The notes: generated by a model not told the origin, from the sequence alone. A stretch of 64,000 bases of DNA from an uncultured delta proteobacterium (GCA_963816145.1 CAWFJP010000011.1:32001-96000); one strand, 5' to 3'. Positions 1 to 10,513 are shown, counted from the stretch's first letter. Translations and numbers: made by a program.

Positions 1-27
1 ACTGGCGCTGAACAAGTGAGGAAGATT

Positions 28-393
28 CTAGCGTCGGCCAAGGGAGCGAGATGCCAATTTGACCAGGCCGCGCGCCTGGGCGCCGGCCGGATCGCAGCCG
101 CAGTTCCAACACTCGGAGAACTGGCCTTCGATCTTTTCACCGCAGTTCTTGCAAACCCAGCCCTTTTTGACAGACGATAGCGGCGCCAAAGTTTTCTTAA
201 GAATCGCCTTGGCCCTTACGACCGTATCGTCTTCCACCACCCAAAGCTCCGGCCAGCACTCGGTGGGCGGCAGTTGGCCAGCGGCGCTTATCAGATCCAT
301 ATTTTTCATCACGCACTTGATGCCGAACGTCGCCAGAACATTCTTCAAGTGGCTGATCATCAGCGGATCTTTGGACGTGTGGATGCGCTTCAT
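28..393 (-). CDS. DUF2007-like putative signal-transducing protein with C-terminal zinc ribbon
   Basis: N-term 'HLKNVLATFGIKC...GQLPPTECWPELWV' and C-term WxCxxC...ECWNC Zn-ribbon motif. Confidence 0.75.
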   Translation of the reverse strand: MKRIHTSKDPLMISHLKNVLATFGIKCVMKNMDLISAAGQLPPTECWPELWVVEDDTVVRAKAILKKTLAPLSSVKKGWVCKNCGEKIEGQFSECWNCGCDPAGAQARGLVKLASRSLGRR

Positions 394-409
394 CGAGCTA
401 GCGAAATTC

Positions 410-754
410 TTAGTGCGGGCGCCGCAGGGCTTCTTCGTTGAGTTTCAAACGTTCGCCCAGCCAAAGCGACCGCTCCATGTGATCACCGTAGCCATCGCCG
501 GTGGACGGATGAACCAACACCGACAAGCCTTCACGGTTGAGCATCAACCATGGCACGACCTTGGCGAACTCATCGTTGGAGAACAGCGCTTGATACATGG
601 CGTCGAGATGCGGCCCCACCGGTTCGTCATGCCAGCTGCCCAACTTGACGTTGAACTGCGTTAGCCCAGCGCGCACCTTTTCAGCAGCGGCACGAGTCCG
701 TTTGGGATCGTAATAGATATGGGCATGATAGCCCTTGATCGTTCGCTCGCTCAT
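410..754 (-). CDS. DOPA 4,5-dioxygenase family protein
   Basis: Motifs YHAHIYY, PVGPH, WLMLNREGLSVLVHP, WLGE; GGAGG RBS upstream. Confidence 0.88.
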   Translation of the reverse strand: MSERTIKGYHAHIYYDPKRTRAAAEKVRAGLTQFNVKLGSWHDEPVGPHLDAMYQALFSNDEFAKVVPWLMLNREGLSVLVHPSTGDGYGDHMERSLWLGERLKLNEEALRRPH

Positions 755-911
755 GGCCTACCTCCACGCTAATGATAATGAGCTTGTATCAAATACGCTG
801 AGCAGATTCCAAAGCGGCTGGAACGAAAAGCGAGAATTTACCAAATAGGCAACTGTGGCCCCCGGCTGGAGCCCGGAGCAAGATGGAAGAATAGTAGGGA
901 CTTTTTAGGAA

Positions 912-1106
912 CTACGCGTTAGAAGGTTCCGGCAGGATTTCGTCCGGGAACAAATACTCTTCGCCGGCCGGACCGAAATTCACCAGAATCAGCTGCCGCC
1001 CCATGTTCTCGACCGCCCGCACAAAGGTTCCTTGCCGCGGCAACATCGTGCCGGTCTTTTGCGAGCGAATGGGTTTGGTAGTTTTGAGCGGATCTCCAGG
1101 GTTCAT
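912..1106 (-). CDS. small hypothetical protein (64 aa)
   Basis: ATG with purine-rich RBS (GGGAGAGAAG); protein-like composition; no family recognised. Confidence 0.55.
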   Translation of the reverse strand: MNPGDPLKTTKPIRSQKTGTMLPRQGTFVRAVENMGRQLILVNFGPAGEEYLFPDEILPEPSNA

Positions 1107-1517
1107 TACTTCTCCCTCCCGGTGCGGATTAGCTCAGTTTGATTCCTAAATTTTTTATCGGCTAACTATCGAGTTCTCCTTAACCAGTTGTTTGACTCAT
1201 CTATTAGACGCTTCACTTTGGGAAAATAATGCAAGGCAAAGACCAGAGGCTAAGCGGTCGGCCGGAATGCCGGCGTGGGTAAGACTCGGAGGGCTCACTA
1301 AGGCCGTATATAACCACAAAACACGTTGAAATTAAAGAAATTTTTCTTAAAAGGGGGGCGCCATTGGGAAAATCAGCGACCGCCGACCATGCATGCCGTG
1401 CTTATCCATTGCCGATGAAATAGGCAGCAATCGCCCAATTCCTCATCCTACGCGGTCGGAAATTGTCGAATCGAGTGTCAAGTTAGGCGTACTGTGGATA
1501 GGTCAATGCGTAACTGA

Positions 1518-2522
1518 CTACTTTCCCCCATACACCCGGTCGAAAAACTTCTCGTCGTCCAAACGCTTCAGCCAGCTGCTGTCGACGATCTCTTCGGCTT
1601 TGATGGCGGCGGCTTTCGGGTTTTGTTCGGCGACGTATTTGATGACGATCTTGAACCCATCCAGTGTCGGATAGGGTTTGCGGTCAAGCTCATCCTGGGC
1701 TTCGATGTAGAAATCTTCGGCGGCTTCGACATTGCGCAGGCGGAGATTCCTGGCGATAATTTCCTTGAACGACTGCTTGTTCTCCTTCTTGAAAATATCC
1801 GCGTAAGCTTCGATGGTCGCGCGTGTGAAACCGTCGACGATTTTCGGATTGGCCAAGGCATAATTCTTCTTTACCGTGAGGCCCGTGTTCTGGTAGGGCA
1901 GCTTCGACGCCTGCATGTTGAGCAGGTTGAAATAGCCCTTGCCGGTCATGATTTTGGTCGCCACCCGTTGCAACATGCCGGCATCGATCGCCTTGTTTTC
2001 CAGCGCCACCATGCGGTCCGGGTCGACGCCGGTTTGAATCAAGGTGATCTTGTCGCGCTTGAGATCCAGGCCCAAGTGCTCCAAGGCGATCAAGGCGGAA
2101 ATGTGCGACGAGCCGCCGAAACGCGCGGTGCCGATCTTTTTGCCCTTCAAATCTTCAGCGCGTCGGATATTCGGTTGGGTGACCACGGAAAACGGCGACG
2201 TGTTGCTCAGTCCCAAAAAGAAACTCAGCCTTTCGCCGGTGGCGGCGAGACTGACCAACGATGCCGGCGCATTGGCGGTGATCTGAATTTCCCCGGCTTG
2301 AAACATTTGCGCCACTAAAGAACCGCTGTTGACCAGTATCAACTGCACATCCAGACCGTACTTCTCGTAGAACCGCTTGTCCTTGGCTATATACAGTGGC
2401 GCCATATGCGGCGTCGGCGTCGACAGCGCCACGCGCACCTGCTGGAGCTTCTGAGCTTGCACCAGCCCGCTGCTGTAAACGAGCGCAATCAGAACTGCAA
2501 AAATCGTCGCTATTTGTTTCAC
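1518..2522 (-). CDS. ABC transporter substrate-binding protein, NMT1/THI5/SsuA-like
   Basis: Signal peptide, 'PLYIAKDKRFYEKYGLDV', 'DLKGKKIG'; GGAGG RBS. Confidence 0.88.
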   Translation of the reverse strand: MKQIATIFAVLIALVYSSGLVQAQKLQQVRVALSTPTPHMAPLYIAKDKRFYEKYGLDVQLILVNSGSLVAQMFQAGEIQITANAPASLVSLAATGERLSFFLGLSNTSPFSVVTQPNIRRAEDLKGKKIGTARFGGSSHISALIALEHLGLDLKRDKITLIQTGVDPDRMVALENKAIDAGMLQRVATKIMTGKGYFNLLNMQASKLPYQNTGLTVKKNYALANPKIVDGFTRATIEAYADIFKKENKQSFKEIIARNLRLRNVEAAEDFYIEAQDELDRKPYPTLDGFKIVIKYVAEQNPKAAAIKAEEIVDSSWLKRLDDEKFFDRVYGGK

Positions 2523-2599
2523 GGGAACTCCTCCGTTAGGGACTGATCAACTACTACTACACAAGTTTACCGGCCGACGCTCGGTCAAGCAATCGACGG

Positions 2600-5500
2600 C
2601 TAAGCGGCGTTGACAGCCGCGCGCCGCCACGGCCAACTGCGCAGCGCCAAGTCGGCGAGAAACAGCACAAGCCCTGCGCCCGCCAAGGGCCACCAGGTTT
2701 CCTGCCCTGTGGAGCTTTTCCCTGGCGTCGGCGTGTAAAGGCGCTTGAGAGCGTCGTGAAATTTTTCCGGATCGACCATCTCGCCGCCGGTGTCCTCAGC
2801 AAGCCGGCTGAGCAGAGTCAAATTGGCTTTCAACTCGCGGTACTCCTTGGGATAGGGCGCGATGTACGGCACGGTCGCCACTGGCAATGGCGCTGCCCCG
2901 GCGTTGCCCTCCGCGTAAAGCGTGACGAAATGGATACCGCGCTGCGCTGGCATAAACTTACCCTCGTAGCGCCCCGGCGCGCTTTGCTGCAGCGGCTGCT
3001 CCAAGCTGGTTTGATTGGGAGTGGCGACCGTCGCCTTGAGTTTGAGATGATTCAGATACTTGCCGTCCTGGGCAACCAAGTCGCTCACGACTTTCACCGC
3101 CCCGCCGTCAGTTTGAAAATCGACATGGATCTTACCGTCGAGCACCTTGCGCATGGTGTCGCGGCTAATCTGGCTCGCCCACTGGGGAAAGGCGTTCCAA
3201 CCCACCCACTCTTTGCCCCAGCGTCCGCTCAAGTCGGATGTGAACGCCATCACTCTGCCAAGACCGTAGCGCCAGGACACCAGCAGGGGATCTTTGTCGA
3301 CGCGCATGAGCAACTCGGCACGCGGCTTCGGATAAGTGAGCACATAGCCGCGCAGCGCGGGCAAATTATTTTGCGGGATGCCTTTTAGCGCGCCGGTGCC
3401 GCTAACAATGCTCGGCGCCACCGGCTTCTCGATCAGTAAATCGCGCGAGATCAACAACGTCTCGGTGGTAAAAATCTGCGGAATCGTCTGCGGATCGAGG
3501 GCGACATAGCCGCGTCCTTTGCCCTCTTTGGCGATCTCCGCCATCAGCTTCACGTCGGCGTCGTTACCGATGGACACGGTCGATACGGTGATGCCATCGC
3601 GCGCCATCTTAGCCACCAGGGACTGAAAGTCGGCCTTGTCAGTAAGACCGTCGGAGAGCGCGATCACATGCTTGATCGAAGCCGTCTTGCCGGCGATGCC
3701 TCGATAGGCTTCAACCATCGCTTTGTACAAATCGGTACCGCCGTCGGATTGCAGGTTAGCCAGCTTTTCGTTGATCCATTCGCCCTTGCCCACCTGGCGA
3801 AACGGCAGGGCCCAATCCCAATTGGCGTCGAAGGCGAGAACGCCCACCTGATCCGTCGGATTCATGATATCGGCAGCGGCGATGGCAGCCGCCTTGGCGA
3901 GATCGAGCTTGGTGCTGCCTTCGGCGCCGGAACCCATGCTGCCCGATTTATCGATGACAAAGAGCAGCGCCACGTGAGGCATTTCTAGTTTCGCGGGCGG
4001 CCGCATATCGACCGGCAAGACGCGCTCGAGCGGCGTACGGTAATAGCCCCCAGCGCCGTAGCTCTGCGAACCGCCGACGACCAGTAATCCGCCGCCAAAG
4101 TCGCGCACGTATTTTTCAATGCTCTCCATCTTGGCGTGGGTCAATTGAAACGCCGGCACATTGTCGAGAACCAACAGATCGAAGGCGGCGAGCTCAGCGA
4201 GGGACAAGGAATCGCCCTCCGGCGCCGCCTGGACCACCGCGTAGCCTTGAACTTGCAGGACGCTAGCTAGAACCCGCTGGCTGTCTTTCTGCGCTGAAAT
4301 TAAAAGGACCCGCGGCGGCCCTTTCACTTCGACCACGCCTTGGAGCAAATTATTCTCCGCCAGCGTATCCTCCGCCGAATCGACCAAGAGTTCGTAGCGG
4401 TGATTACCGCGCTCGCTGAGTGTGTCGCGAAAAGAAACGTTGTTGCTGCCGGCGTTCAAACGCAGCTCGCGCTCGGCGGTGAGCACGCCGTCACGCAGCA
4501 AACGCAGCCGCGCCGGCGCTTCGCGCAAGCTTTCGACCGCGCCGCGAATCTCGAAGCTCTCGGCGCTGTCGACCTGGCGAGGCAACGTCAAATCCGTCAA
4601 GTAAATCTCGTTGCGGCCGCGCGACAGGCCGACCGGCAGCGTCCACACCTGCACGCCTTGGCTGCGCAGGAGCGGCGTGACGCGCGCCGTCTCGCCGCGA
4701 TTTTCGTTGCCGTCGGAGAAAAGCAAGATGCGTCCCTGGCGCCCATCACCAATCTGCGCCGCCGCCCCTTGCAGAGCGGCTTGAATATCGGTCTGCTCAC
4801 GGTCCAGCAGCGCGGAAAACTCCGCTGCCGCGATCTCCTCGCGCGGCGGCAACTCCCACTCCGGGGCGCTGCCAAAGCTCATCAGTCCAGTGCGAGTCGC
4901 GACTTTTTTCAAGCCGGCGGCAACTTCCATGACCTCGCGCGCTTTTTCTCGTCCCTCCTGGCCGACACTGCGCGACGAATCGACGGCGAAAATCACATCG
5001 AGCGCTGCGCTTGGCTGAAACCAGCGCGGATTGAGCAGCGCCACAGCGAGCGCCGCCAGCGCCCCGGCGCGCGTGAGAATTGGCAAGGTCGACAAACGTT
5101 GGCGGTAGGCCAACAAGAGTTCAGAGCCAAGCAAAATGACAACGGCGCCAAGCAAGATCGGCCACAAAGACAAACCGCTCTCGCCGCGCACCGTTGCGTC
5201 GTTTTTGGGCGTCAAAGAGTCAGCAGTCAAGCGCGGCGCGATCTGCGACTCGTCCTCATCGAGCAGATTCACGGCAAATTCGCCTTCACCTGGGCCATTC
5301 TTGTATCGATAAAAGCCAGCCTCGAAGGTGCCGGCGAAGATCAGCGAACCGCCCGTACCGGACAGGGTCTCGGTCTTGCCGCTCGGCATCGTGATTAGCG
5401 CTTCGGAACTGAACTGCGCCGCGGCAATCTTAAACGGCGCGCCCGCCCGCCCGCTCTGGCCGGGAAACTCCAAACGCTGCGGCTGGAACCACGCAAAAAT

Positions 5501-6937
5501 ATTGTGAAACAAAACCGGAAACGCCACACGCAACGGCAGATCGGAATGGAGCAAATCGAAGCCAAAATAAACCAGCCGCAGTTTAGCTTGCTCCAGGGCG
5601 TAGATCAGCGGCCCCTGCGCTATGCGCGCGAGCGCGACCCCAGCGCCGCTATCGCGCAGCGGCACAGCCGCGTGCACTTGCAGTTCCGCCAAGTTGAGAC
5701 CCTCGGTCAGCGGATGTTTTGCCAATGGCAAAAGCAGCCGCGGGTTATCGACCTTGGCCTGGCGCGCGAGCACCGTCCCCGGCGGCAGCGCATCGATCAT
5801 AATTAGATTGCCCTGGAGCGCTGCCGGCGGCGCCACGCGATCGCAGATCACCACATCGAATTTACTCTGCTGAGCGGCCACGCGTTCGTCCCAGCCGGTG
5901 AGGGAGGTCAGCTCCAGATTCGCAAAGGAACGCAATAGATTGTTCAAATACGGATTACCGGGACCGATGTAGAGCACACGCACCGGCGGCGTATCAGCCA
6001 ACGCGAGATAGGCGCGGTTATCGGTGCTGAAATCGTCGGCGAAATCCAATTGCACAACCAATCTCCCCGCCAGCGCACCGTCGAATGGATAGATGAGAAC
6101 GCGCCGGTCGTTGGCGCCGATGTCGATTTCCTCGCGCAGGATTTGCTTGTCATCGAGAGAGAGCACGAGCGGTAGCCGCACCGCCTTGGCAGTGAAGTTA
6201 CGGACATGCACGAGGATCTCCGCCGCTCCCGGGCGGTCCGGCCGGCGGCGCACCGAAAAGCCGACGATGCCGACATTGTCGCTACCGCCGTCGACTTTGA
6301 CAAAACGCCGATGCGGCGCCGATACCGCAAACTCTTCAGCGCCGGCAAAGGCGCCGTCGCTAATCACCGTCACTTGGTCGGCGCTGCCGCGCTTGAGAAA
6401 ACCATGGGCGAAGAGAATCGCCTCTTTCATTTTTCCTGGACCGTCGGTGGCGGACAAATTGCGCGCCAGCTCCCGTAGCCGCCGTTTGTCGGCGCTAAAC
6501 GGCGACATCAGCCGCGGCTCGGCGCCGGCGCCGATGACGAGCATTTTCTGACCGGCCGAAAGGCCGTCGATCAAAGAATTGAACTCTCGGCGCAGCCCGT
6601 CGAAGCGGTTTGCGCCTTTACCCTTCGCCTTCATGCTCGCGCTCAAGTCGAGCACGACGATCATGTCCCCTGAGCGTGACGCAATGTGGAGCAGCGACGG
6701 ATCGGCGAGAGCAACTATCAGCGCGGTGGCTGCGAGCAATTGAAGAATCAGTAAAATGTTCTTGCGAAGCAGCCAACCCAACCGCGTACCCAGGGGCCGC
6801 TCGCGCAGCACCCGCTGCCAAACGAACATCGTCGTAGTCGCGATCTTCAGGCCGCGCGGTTTGAGGCTATGCAGAAACAGAATCAACGGGATCGCCCCGG
6901 CGAGTAACAACAGCGCGGCTGGCAATCCCCAAAGCAT
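2600..6937 (-). CDS. large membrane-anchored BatA-like/VWA protein with three VWA domains and glutamine-amidotransferase-like segments
   Basis: N-terminal BatA-like TM segment; three DxSxS MIDAS motifs (DLSAS, DSSRS, DKSGS); 'GGGLLVVGG..SYGAGGY' and 'WRYGLGRV' segments; internal and C-terminal TM helices. Confidence 0.85.
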   Translation of the reverse strand: MLWGLPAALLLLAGAIPLILFLHSLKPRGLKIATTTMFVWQRVLRERPLGTRLGWLLRKNILLILQLLAATALIVALADPSLLHIASRSGDMIVVLDLSASMKAKGKGANRFDGLRREFNSLIDGLSAGQKMLVIGAGAEPRLMSPFSADKRRLRELARNLSATDGPGKMKEAILFAHGFLKRGSADQVTVISDGAFAGAEEFAVSAPHRRFVKVDGGSDNVGIVGFSVRRRPDRPGAAEILVHVRNFTAKAVRLPLVLSLDDKQILREEIDIGANDRRVLIYPFDGALAGRLVVQLDFADDFSTDNRAYLALADTPPVRVLYIGPGNPYLNNLLRSFANLELTSLTGWDERVAAQQSKFDVVICDRVAPPAALQGNLIMIDALPPGTVLARQAKVDNPRLLLPLAKHPLTEGLNLAELQVHAAVPLRDSGAGVALARIAQGPLIYALEQAKLRLVYFGFDLLHSDLPLRVAFPVLFHNIFAWFQPQRLEFPGQSGRAGAPFKIAAAQFSSEALITMPSGKTETLSGTGGSLIFAGTFEAGFYRYKNGPGEGEFAVNLLDEDESQIAPRLTADSLTPKNDATVRGESGLSLWPILLGAVVILLGSELLLAYRQRLSTLPILTRAGALAALAVALLNPRWFQPSAALDVIFAVDSSRSVGQEGREKAREVMEVAAGLKKVATRTGLMSFGSAPEWELPPREEIAAAEFSALLDREQTDIQAALQGAAAQIGDGRQGRILLFSDGNENRGETARVTPLLRSQGVQVWTLPVGLSRGRNEIYLTDLTLPRQVDSAESFEIRGAVESLREAPARLRLLRDGVLTAERELRLNAGSNNVSFRDTLSERGNHRYELLVDSAEDTLAENNLLQGVVEVKGPPRVLLISAQKDSQRVLASVLQVQGYAVVQAAPEGDSLSLAELAAFDLLVLDNVPAFQLTHAKMESIEKYVRDFGGGLLVVGGSQSYGAGGYYRTPLERVLPVDMRPPAKLEMPHVALLFVIDKSGSMGSGAEGSTKLDLAKAAAIAAADIMNPTDQVGVLAFDANWDWALPFRQVGKGEWINEKLANLQSDGGTDLYKAMVEAYRGIAGKTASIKHVIALSDGLTDKADFQSLVAKMARDGITVSTVSIGNDADVKLMAEIAKEGKGRGYVALDPQTIPQIFTTETLLISRDLLIEKPVAPSIVSGTGALKGIPQNNLPALRGYVLTYPKPRAELLMRVDKDPLLVSWRYGLGRVMAFTSDLSGRWGKEWVGWNAFPQWASQISRDTMRKVLDGKIHVDFQTDGGAVKVVSDLVAQDGKYLNHLKLKATVATPNQTSLEQPLQQSAPGRYEGKFMPAQRGIHFVTLYAEGNAGAAPLPVATVPYIAPYPKEYRELKANLTLLSRLAEDTGGEMVDPEKFHDALKRLYTPTPGKSSTGQETWWPLAGAGLVLFLADLALRSWPWRRAAVNAA

Positions 6938-6940
6938 AGG

Positions 6941-7834
6941 TCAGACCACGCCGCTCACCCGGCGCAGGGTTTGTAAAACGAACTCGTCGAAGGGCACTTG
7001 AGTGGTGGTGCGTAGATAATCGATCTTGCGGCTGGCACAGAGCTCTTCGATCTCTTTAAAATACTTTTCCAGCTCCTGCTCGAAACGGCGCACCAGATCG
7101 GCGTCGAGAAAGAACTTGCATTCGCTGCCGGCTTCGACGTCGACCAGCGCGACATCGCCCCAGGGTTTAGGCTTCAACTCGGTTTCGTCGACGATGTGCA
7201 CCAGCAAGACCTGATAGTTTTTGCCGGAAAGCTCTTCCAGCGCGGCGCGCCAACCAGTGGGGTCGAAGAGATCGCTGACGATGACAACGAAACCAGCGTG
7301 GGGGAAAAGTTTGGTAAAGGAATGAATCGTGCCCCGCAGGTTGGTCTCGCCTGTGCAAGACAGCTTGGCGAGGAAACTAAACATGCTGAGGATCTGTTTG
7401 CGACCGCGCCCCAAGGTCAGCGGCTTGTGTAACACCGAAGAGAACGCCGCCCCGCCGACCCGGTCGAGATTTTTGAGGCCGATGTAGCCCAGCGCCGCAG
7501 CGACTTTCCTAGCGTAGTCGAGCTTGATTGGATCGCCTTCGGCCATGGACCTGCTGGTGTCGACCAGCAGATAGATATTCATCTCCTCCTCGGCAGTGAA
7601 GATCTTTAACAGCAAGCGATCGAGCCGCCGGTAAATATTCCAATCGACGTAACGCAGATCGTCGCCGCGCTGATAACGCCGATAGTCGGAAAACTCCAGA
7701 CTAAATCCCTTACGCGACACCGCATGCTCGCCCTTCGCTCCCGCCCAATTCAAGCGTTTGGCGATCAGATGGAGCCGTTCAAGCCGGCGTAGGAAGTCGG
7801 TGTCGAAGAAAGTTTCAGGTCCGGCATCTAGCAT
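6941..7834 (-). CDS. DUF58 family protein (MoxR-associated)
   Basis: 'EFSDYRRYQRGDDLRYVDWN', 'LLVDTSRSM'; ATG at 7834 preferred over the longer ORF start at 8005. Confidence 0.9.
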   Translation of the reverse strand: MLDAGPETFFDTDFLRRLERLHLIAKRLNWAGAKGEHAVSRKGFSLEFSDYRRYQRGDDLRYVDWNIYRRLDRLLLKIFTAEEEMNIYLLVDTSRSMAEGDPIKLDYARKVAAALGYIGLKNLDRVGGAAFSSVLHKPLTLGRGRKQILSMFSFLAKLSCTGETNLRGTIHSFTKLFPHAGFVVIVSDLFDPTGWRAALEELSGKNYQVLLVHIVDETELKPKPWGDVALVDVEAGSECKFFLDADLVRRFEQELEKYFKEIEELCASRKIDYLRTTTQVPFDEFVLQTLRRVSGVV

Positions 7835-7882
7835 CGAGGGTTGAGACCGACGAATCGCTGGATTGTATCCGGCTACGTGGTT

Positions 7883-7908
7883 GTCATTTCGAGCGAAGCG
7901 AGAAATCT
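7883..7908. repeat. REP-like short palindromic element (GTCATTTCGAGCGAAGCGAGAAATCT)
   Basis: Intergenic; internal stem ATTTC..GAAAT around a GCGAAGC hairpin; resembles widespread 'GTCAT..GAGCGAAGCGA..AATCT' repeats (recall). Confidence 0.5.
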
Positions 7909-8001
7909 TTCCACGGGCGCGGCGCATGATCGTCGCCAGTGTCGCCACAAGCCGCGGCGCTCTTAACGCTAGACCCGAAACGCTCGACGCCAAACTCATC
8001 T

Positions 8002-9006
8002 TCACGCCACTTCCGGAACACGGGTAGTCAAATCGTTGAGGATTTTATCGGAACTGATCCCGTCGGCGTCAGCTTCCAGATTGAGAATCAAACGATGACG
8101 CAAGCTCGGCAGCAACATGACGCGAATATCGTCGAAAGAAACATTGGGCCGGCCGGCAAACAGCGCGCGCGCCTTGGCGGCAAGAATCACGCTCTGCAAA
8201 CCGCGCGGGCTCGAGCCGTACATGACATAGCGCCGGGCCAACGATTCGCCGCTGTTTTTCTCCGCTTGGGCATGGCTGCTCAGGATCAGGCGCACCGCGT
8301 AGTCCTTGACGACATCGGCGAGCGGCACCTCGCGCACCCACTGGCGCAGCTGCAAGATGCCGTCGGCGTCGAGGATTTCCCGCAATGGCGCCGCCGGCAC
8401 CGCGGTAGTCAGATCGGCGATGCGCGTCAACTCCGCATGGCTCGGGTACTGCAAGATCAATTTGAAAAAGAACCGGTCTACTTGCGCCTCGGGCAGCGGA
8501 TAGGTGCCTTCCATTTCGATTGGATTCTGGGTCGCCAGAACCATGAACGGGTTTTCCAAGCGGTGCAGCTTGCCGCCGACGGTGACGCCTTGTTCCTGCA
8601 TCGCTTCGAGGAGCGCTGACTGGGTCTTCGGCGTCGCCCGATTGATCTCGTCGGCAAGCACCACATGGGCAAACACCGGCCCGCGCTGAAACTCAAAAAG
8701 TTTGCGCCCTGACGGATCGTCGGTCAGCATGTTGGTGCCGGTTATATCCGCCGGCATCAGATCGGGCGTGAACTGAATGCGCGAGAAGCTCAGACTGAGA
8801 ATCTCGCCCAAACTGCGCACCATCAACGTCTTACCCAAGCCCGGCACACCTTCGAGCAGGCAATGGCCGCCGCAGACCAACGCGACAAACACCTGCTCGA
8901 TCAATTCTTCATGACCGACGATGACCCGGGCGATTTCCGCTTTTACTTCGGCATAAGTGCGCCGCGCGCTGTCGATGCGTTGCTCGATATCCGCAAGCGA
9001 TTCCAT
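8002..9006 (-). CDS. moxR: MoxR family AAA+ ATPase
   Basis: Walker A 'EGVPGLGKT', 'RIQFTPDLMPADITG', 'DEINRATPKTQSALLEAM', 'ATQNPIEMEGTYPLPEAQ'. Confidence 0.95.
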   Translation of the reverse strand: MESLADIEQRIDSARRTYAEVKAEIARVIVGHEELIEQVFVALVCGGHCLLEGVPGLGKTLMVRSLGEILSLSFSRIQFTPDLMPADITGTNMLTDDPSGRKLFEFQRGPVFAHVVLADEINRATPKTQSALLEAMQEQGVTVGGKLHRLENPFMVLATQNPIEMEGTYPLPEAQVDRFFFKLILQYPSHAELTRIADLTTAVPAAPLREILDADGILQLRQWVREVPLADVVKDYAVRLILSSHAQAEKNSGESLARRYVMYGSSPRGLQSVILAAKARALFAGRPNVSFDDIRVMLLPSLRHRLILNLEADADGISSDKILNDLTTRVPEVA

Positions 9007-9019
9007 GATGCAGCTCCTC

Positions 9020-9099
9020 GATCAGTTGCCAGCGGTCAGTTGCCCGTAGCCGGACTAAATCGCATTTCTCAAGTAATCACTGACCACTAGCGACTGATC
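9020..9099. repeat. imperfect inverted repeat built of 7-nt units
   Basis: GATCAGTTGCCAGCGGTCAGT (9020-9040) vs ACTGACCACTAGCGACTGATC (9079-9099): 18/21 complementary, two mismatches are G:U on the minus strand. Confidence 0.7.
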
Positions 9100-9100
9100 A

Positions 9101-10513
9101 CTATCTCTTACTTTCCTCCAACGACAAAAAATATTTCCGCACGGTTTCCTTGAGCGCCGCCGGCACTTTTTCCGAATTGAGTTCCTGCTCCGCTTGGCGC
9201 CGGTAGTTGGCGACCACTTCTTGCGGCGCCAGTTCGCTCTTACCGGGCGTGGGTTTACCTTTGAACACTAGACTGCTGCTTTCGCCTTCGCCCAACTGGC
9301 CTTCGACGTGGGTGCGGGTGTCGGCGCGAAACGCGGGCAGCGATCTGAGACTATCGTCGTTTCTCCCGGGTTCCTTGCCTGGCAGGTTGCTGTGATTTTT
9401 TTCCCGCACGCCGTCGCCAGGTTCGTCCTGCTCACCACGACCAGCCATCTGCGCAGCATCATTACTTTGTTTGCCTTGCCCCTGATTCATCATCTGTTCG
9501 AGGAATTGCTGAGCGTCGATGAGCGCGCGCCGATCCAGCGCGTCGGCCACCTGTCGATCGAGACGCTCGAGCAGCGACTGCAACTCCTGTTGCCCCAGTC
9601 CCTTGCCACCCTGCGGTTCGCGGTCGAGCTGGTTCCGCAGCTGCGGCATCGACGCTAATCGCTCCAGCCATTGCTGCGGCGATGGCACTTTGGCAGCGTC
9701 GGGGAGATTCAACATGTCGCGCGCCGCTTCCAACTCGGCTTTGAGATCTCTCAGACTTTGCTCACTTTCTGCGCCGGCGATCGACTGGTTTTGCGGCCCA
9801 GACTTGCTCGCGGCGTCGAGCTTTTGCTTCACGCCGGCCAAATCTTTTTTGAGCCGTTCTTCGTTGGCCTTGTCGGCGAGATTCTTCTGGGCAAGTTTTT
9901 CCAGCTCCTGTCCAACTTGTAAACTTTGGCGCAGCCCGTCGGTCTTGGCTTTTTCCTGAAAGTCCCGGGCAAACTCGCGCAGCTGCTGCGCCAAGCTTTG
10001 CACTGGTGAGCTCTGTTGGGAAAACGACTGATCGAAGTCGAACCACAGGAGCGCAAACCAGAAAAGCAACAGCGGCGCGACGGCGTAGCACGGCCAGCCC
10101 CAGCGCCGGGGGAACAAGCGGCGCGGATCCAGCCCACGCAAGTGCGGCTCGGTTTGCTGAAATACCAGCTGCGCCGCGGCGCTCCGGTCACTGCGCCCGG
10201 CCAGCTCCCAAGCCGTCACCGCGCGTTCGGCCAAGGCCAGCTTACGGTCCAGCTCGACGAAGGTGCGCGTCGCATCGACGGCGCGCCAGCGCCGATGATA
10301 GAAAAACCCCGGGGCCAATCCGAGCGTTAGAATGACCGGAACTAGCCAACGCAGACCGCGAAGGGGTAGAAACCCGTGCAGCGGCGACAACAAGACCGCC
10401 GCAGCCAAAGCCATAGCAGTAGCGCACAAGAAAATTTCCTCGAGCCGCTTTTGCTTTTCCCAGCGCAAGAGCTCGGCAAACTGGTTCTGCAGCGGGGTCG
10501 CGTCCGTCATCAT
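9101..10513 (-). CDS. membrane-anchored coiled-coil protein of the MoxR/VWA operon
   Basis: Three N-terminal TM helices, long Q/E-rich helical region, C-term 'VPAALKETVRKYFLSL'; ATGA overlap with upstream gene. Confidence 0.75.
   Translation of the reverse strand: MMTDATPLQNQFAELLRWEKQKRLEEIFLCATAMALAAAVLLSPLHGFLPLRGLRWLVPVILTLGLAPGFFYHRRWRAVDATRTFVELDRKLALAERAVTAWELAGRSDRSAAAQLVFQQTEPHLRGLDPRRLFPRRWGWPCYAVAPLLLFWFALLWFDFDQSFSQQSSPVQSLAQQLREFARDFQEKAKTDGLRQSLQVGQELEKLAQKNLADKANEERLKKDLAGVKQKLDAASKSGPQNQSIAGAESEQSLRDLKAELEAARDMLNLPDAAKVPSPQQWLERLASMPQLRNQLDREPQGGKGLGQQELQSLLERLDRQVADALDRRALIDAQQFLEQMMNQGQGKQSNDAAQMAGRGEQDEPGDGVREKNHSNLPGKEPGRNDDSLRSLPAFRADTRTHVEGQLGEGESSSLVFKGKPTPGKSELAPQEVVANYRRQAEQELNSEKVPAALKETVRKYFLSLEESKR

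Noticed and set aside
1107-1517. Riboswitch or ncRNA in the 400-bp intergenic region (GGCAAA motif)
   Set aside because: The remaining c-di-GMP-I consensus elements were not recognisable; a covariance-model search would be needed
4340-5398. Long antisense ORFs (e.g. 4340-5398, 13962-14948, 17763-18824, 22413-23321)
   Set aside because: They are shadows of clear genes on the opposite strand in GC-rich DNA and show no recognisable motifs
7835-8005. 57-aa N-terminal extension of DUF58
   Set aside because: It runs through a REP-like element, and the family-like sequence begins near ATG 7834
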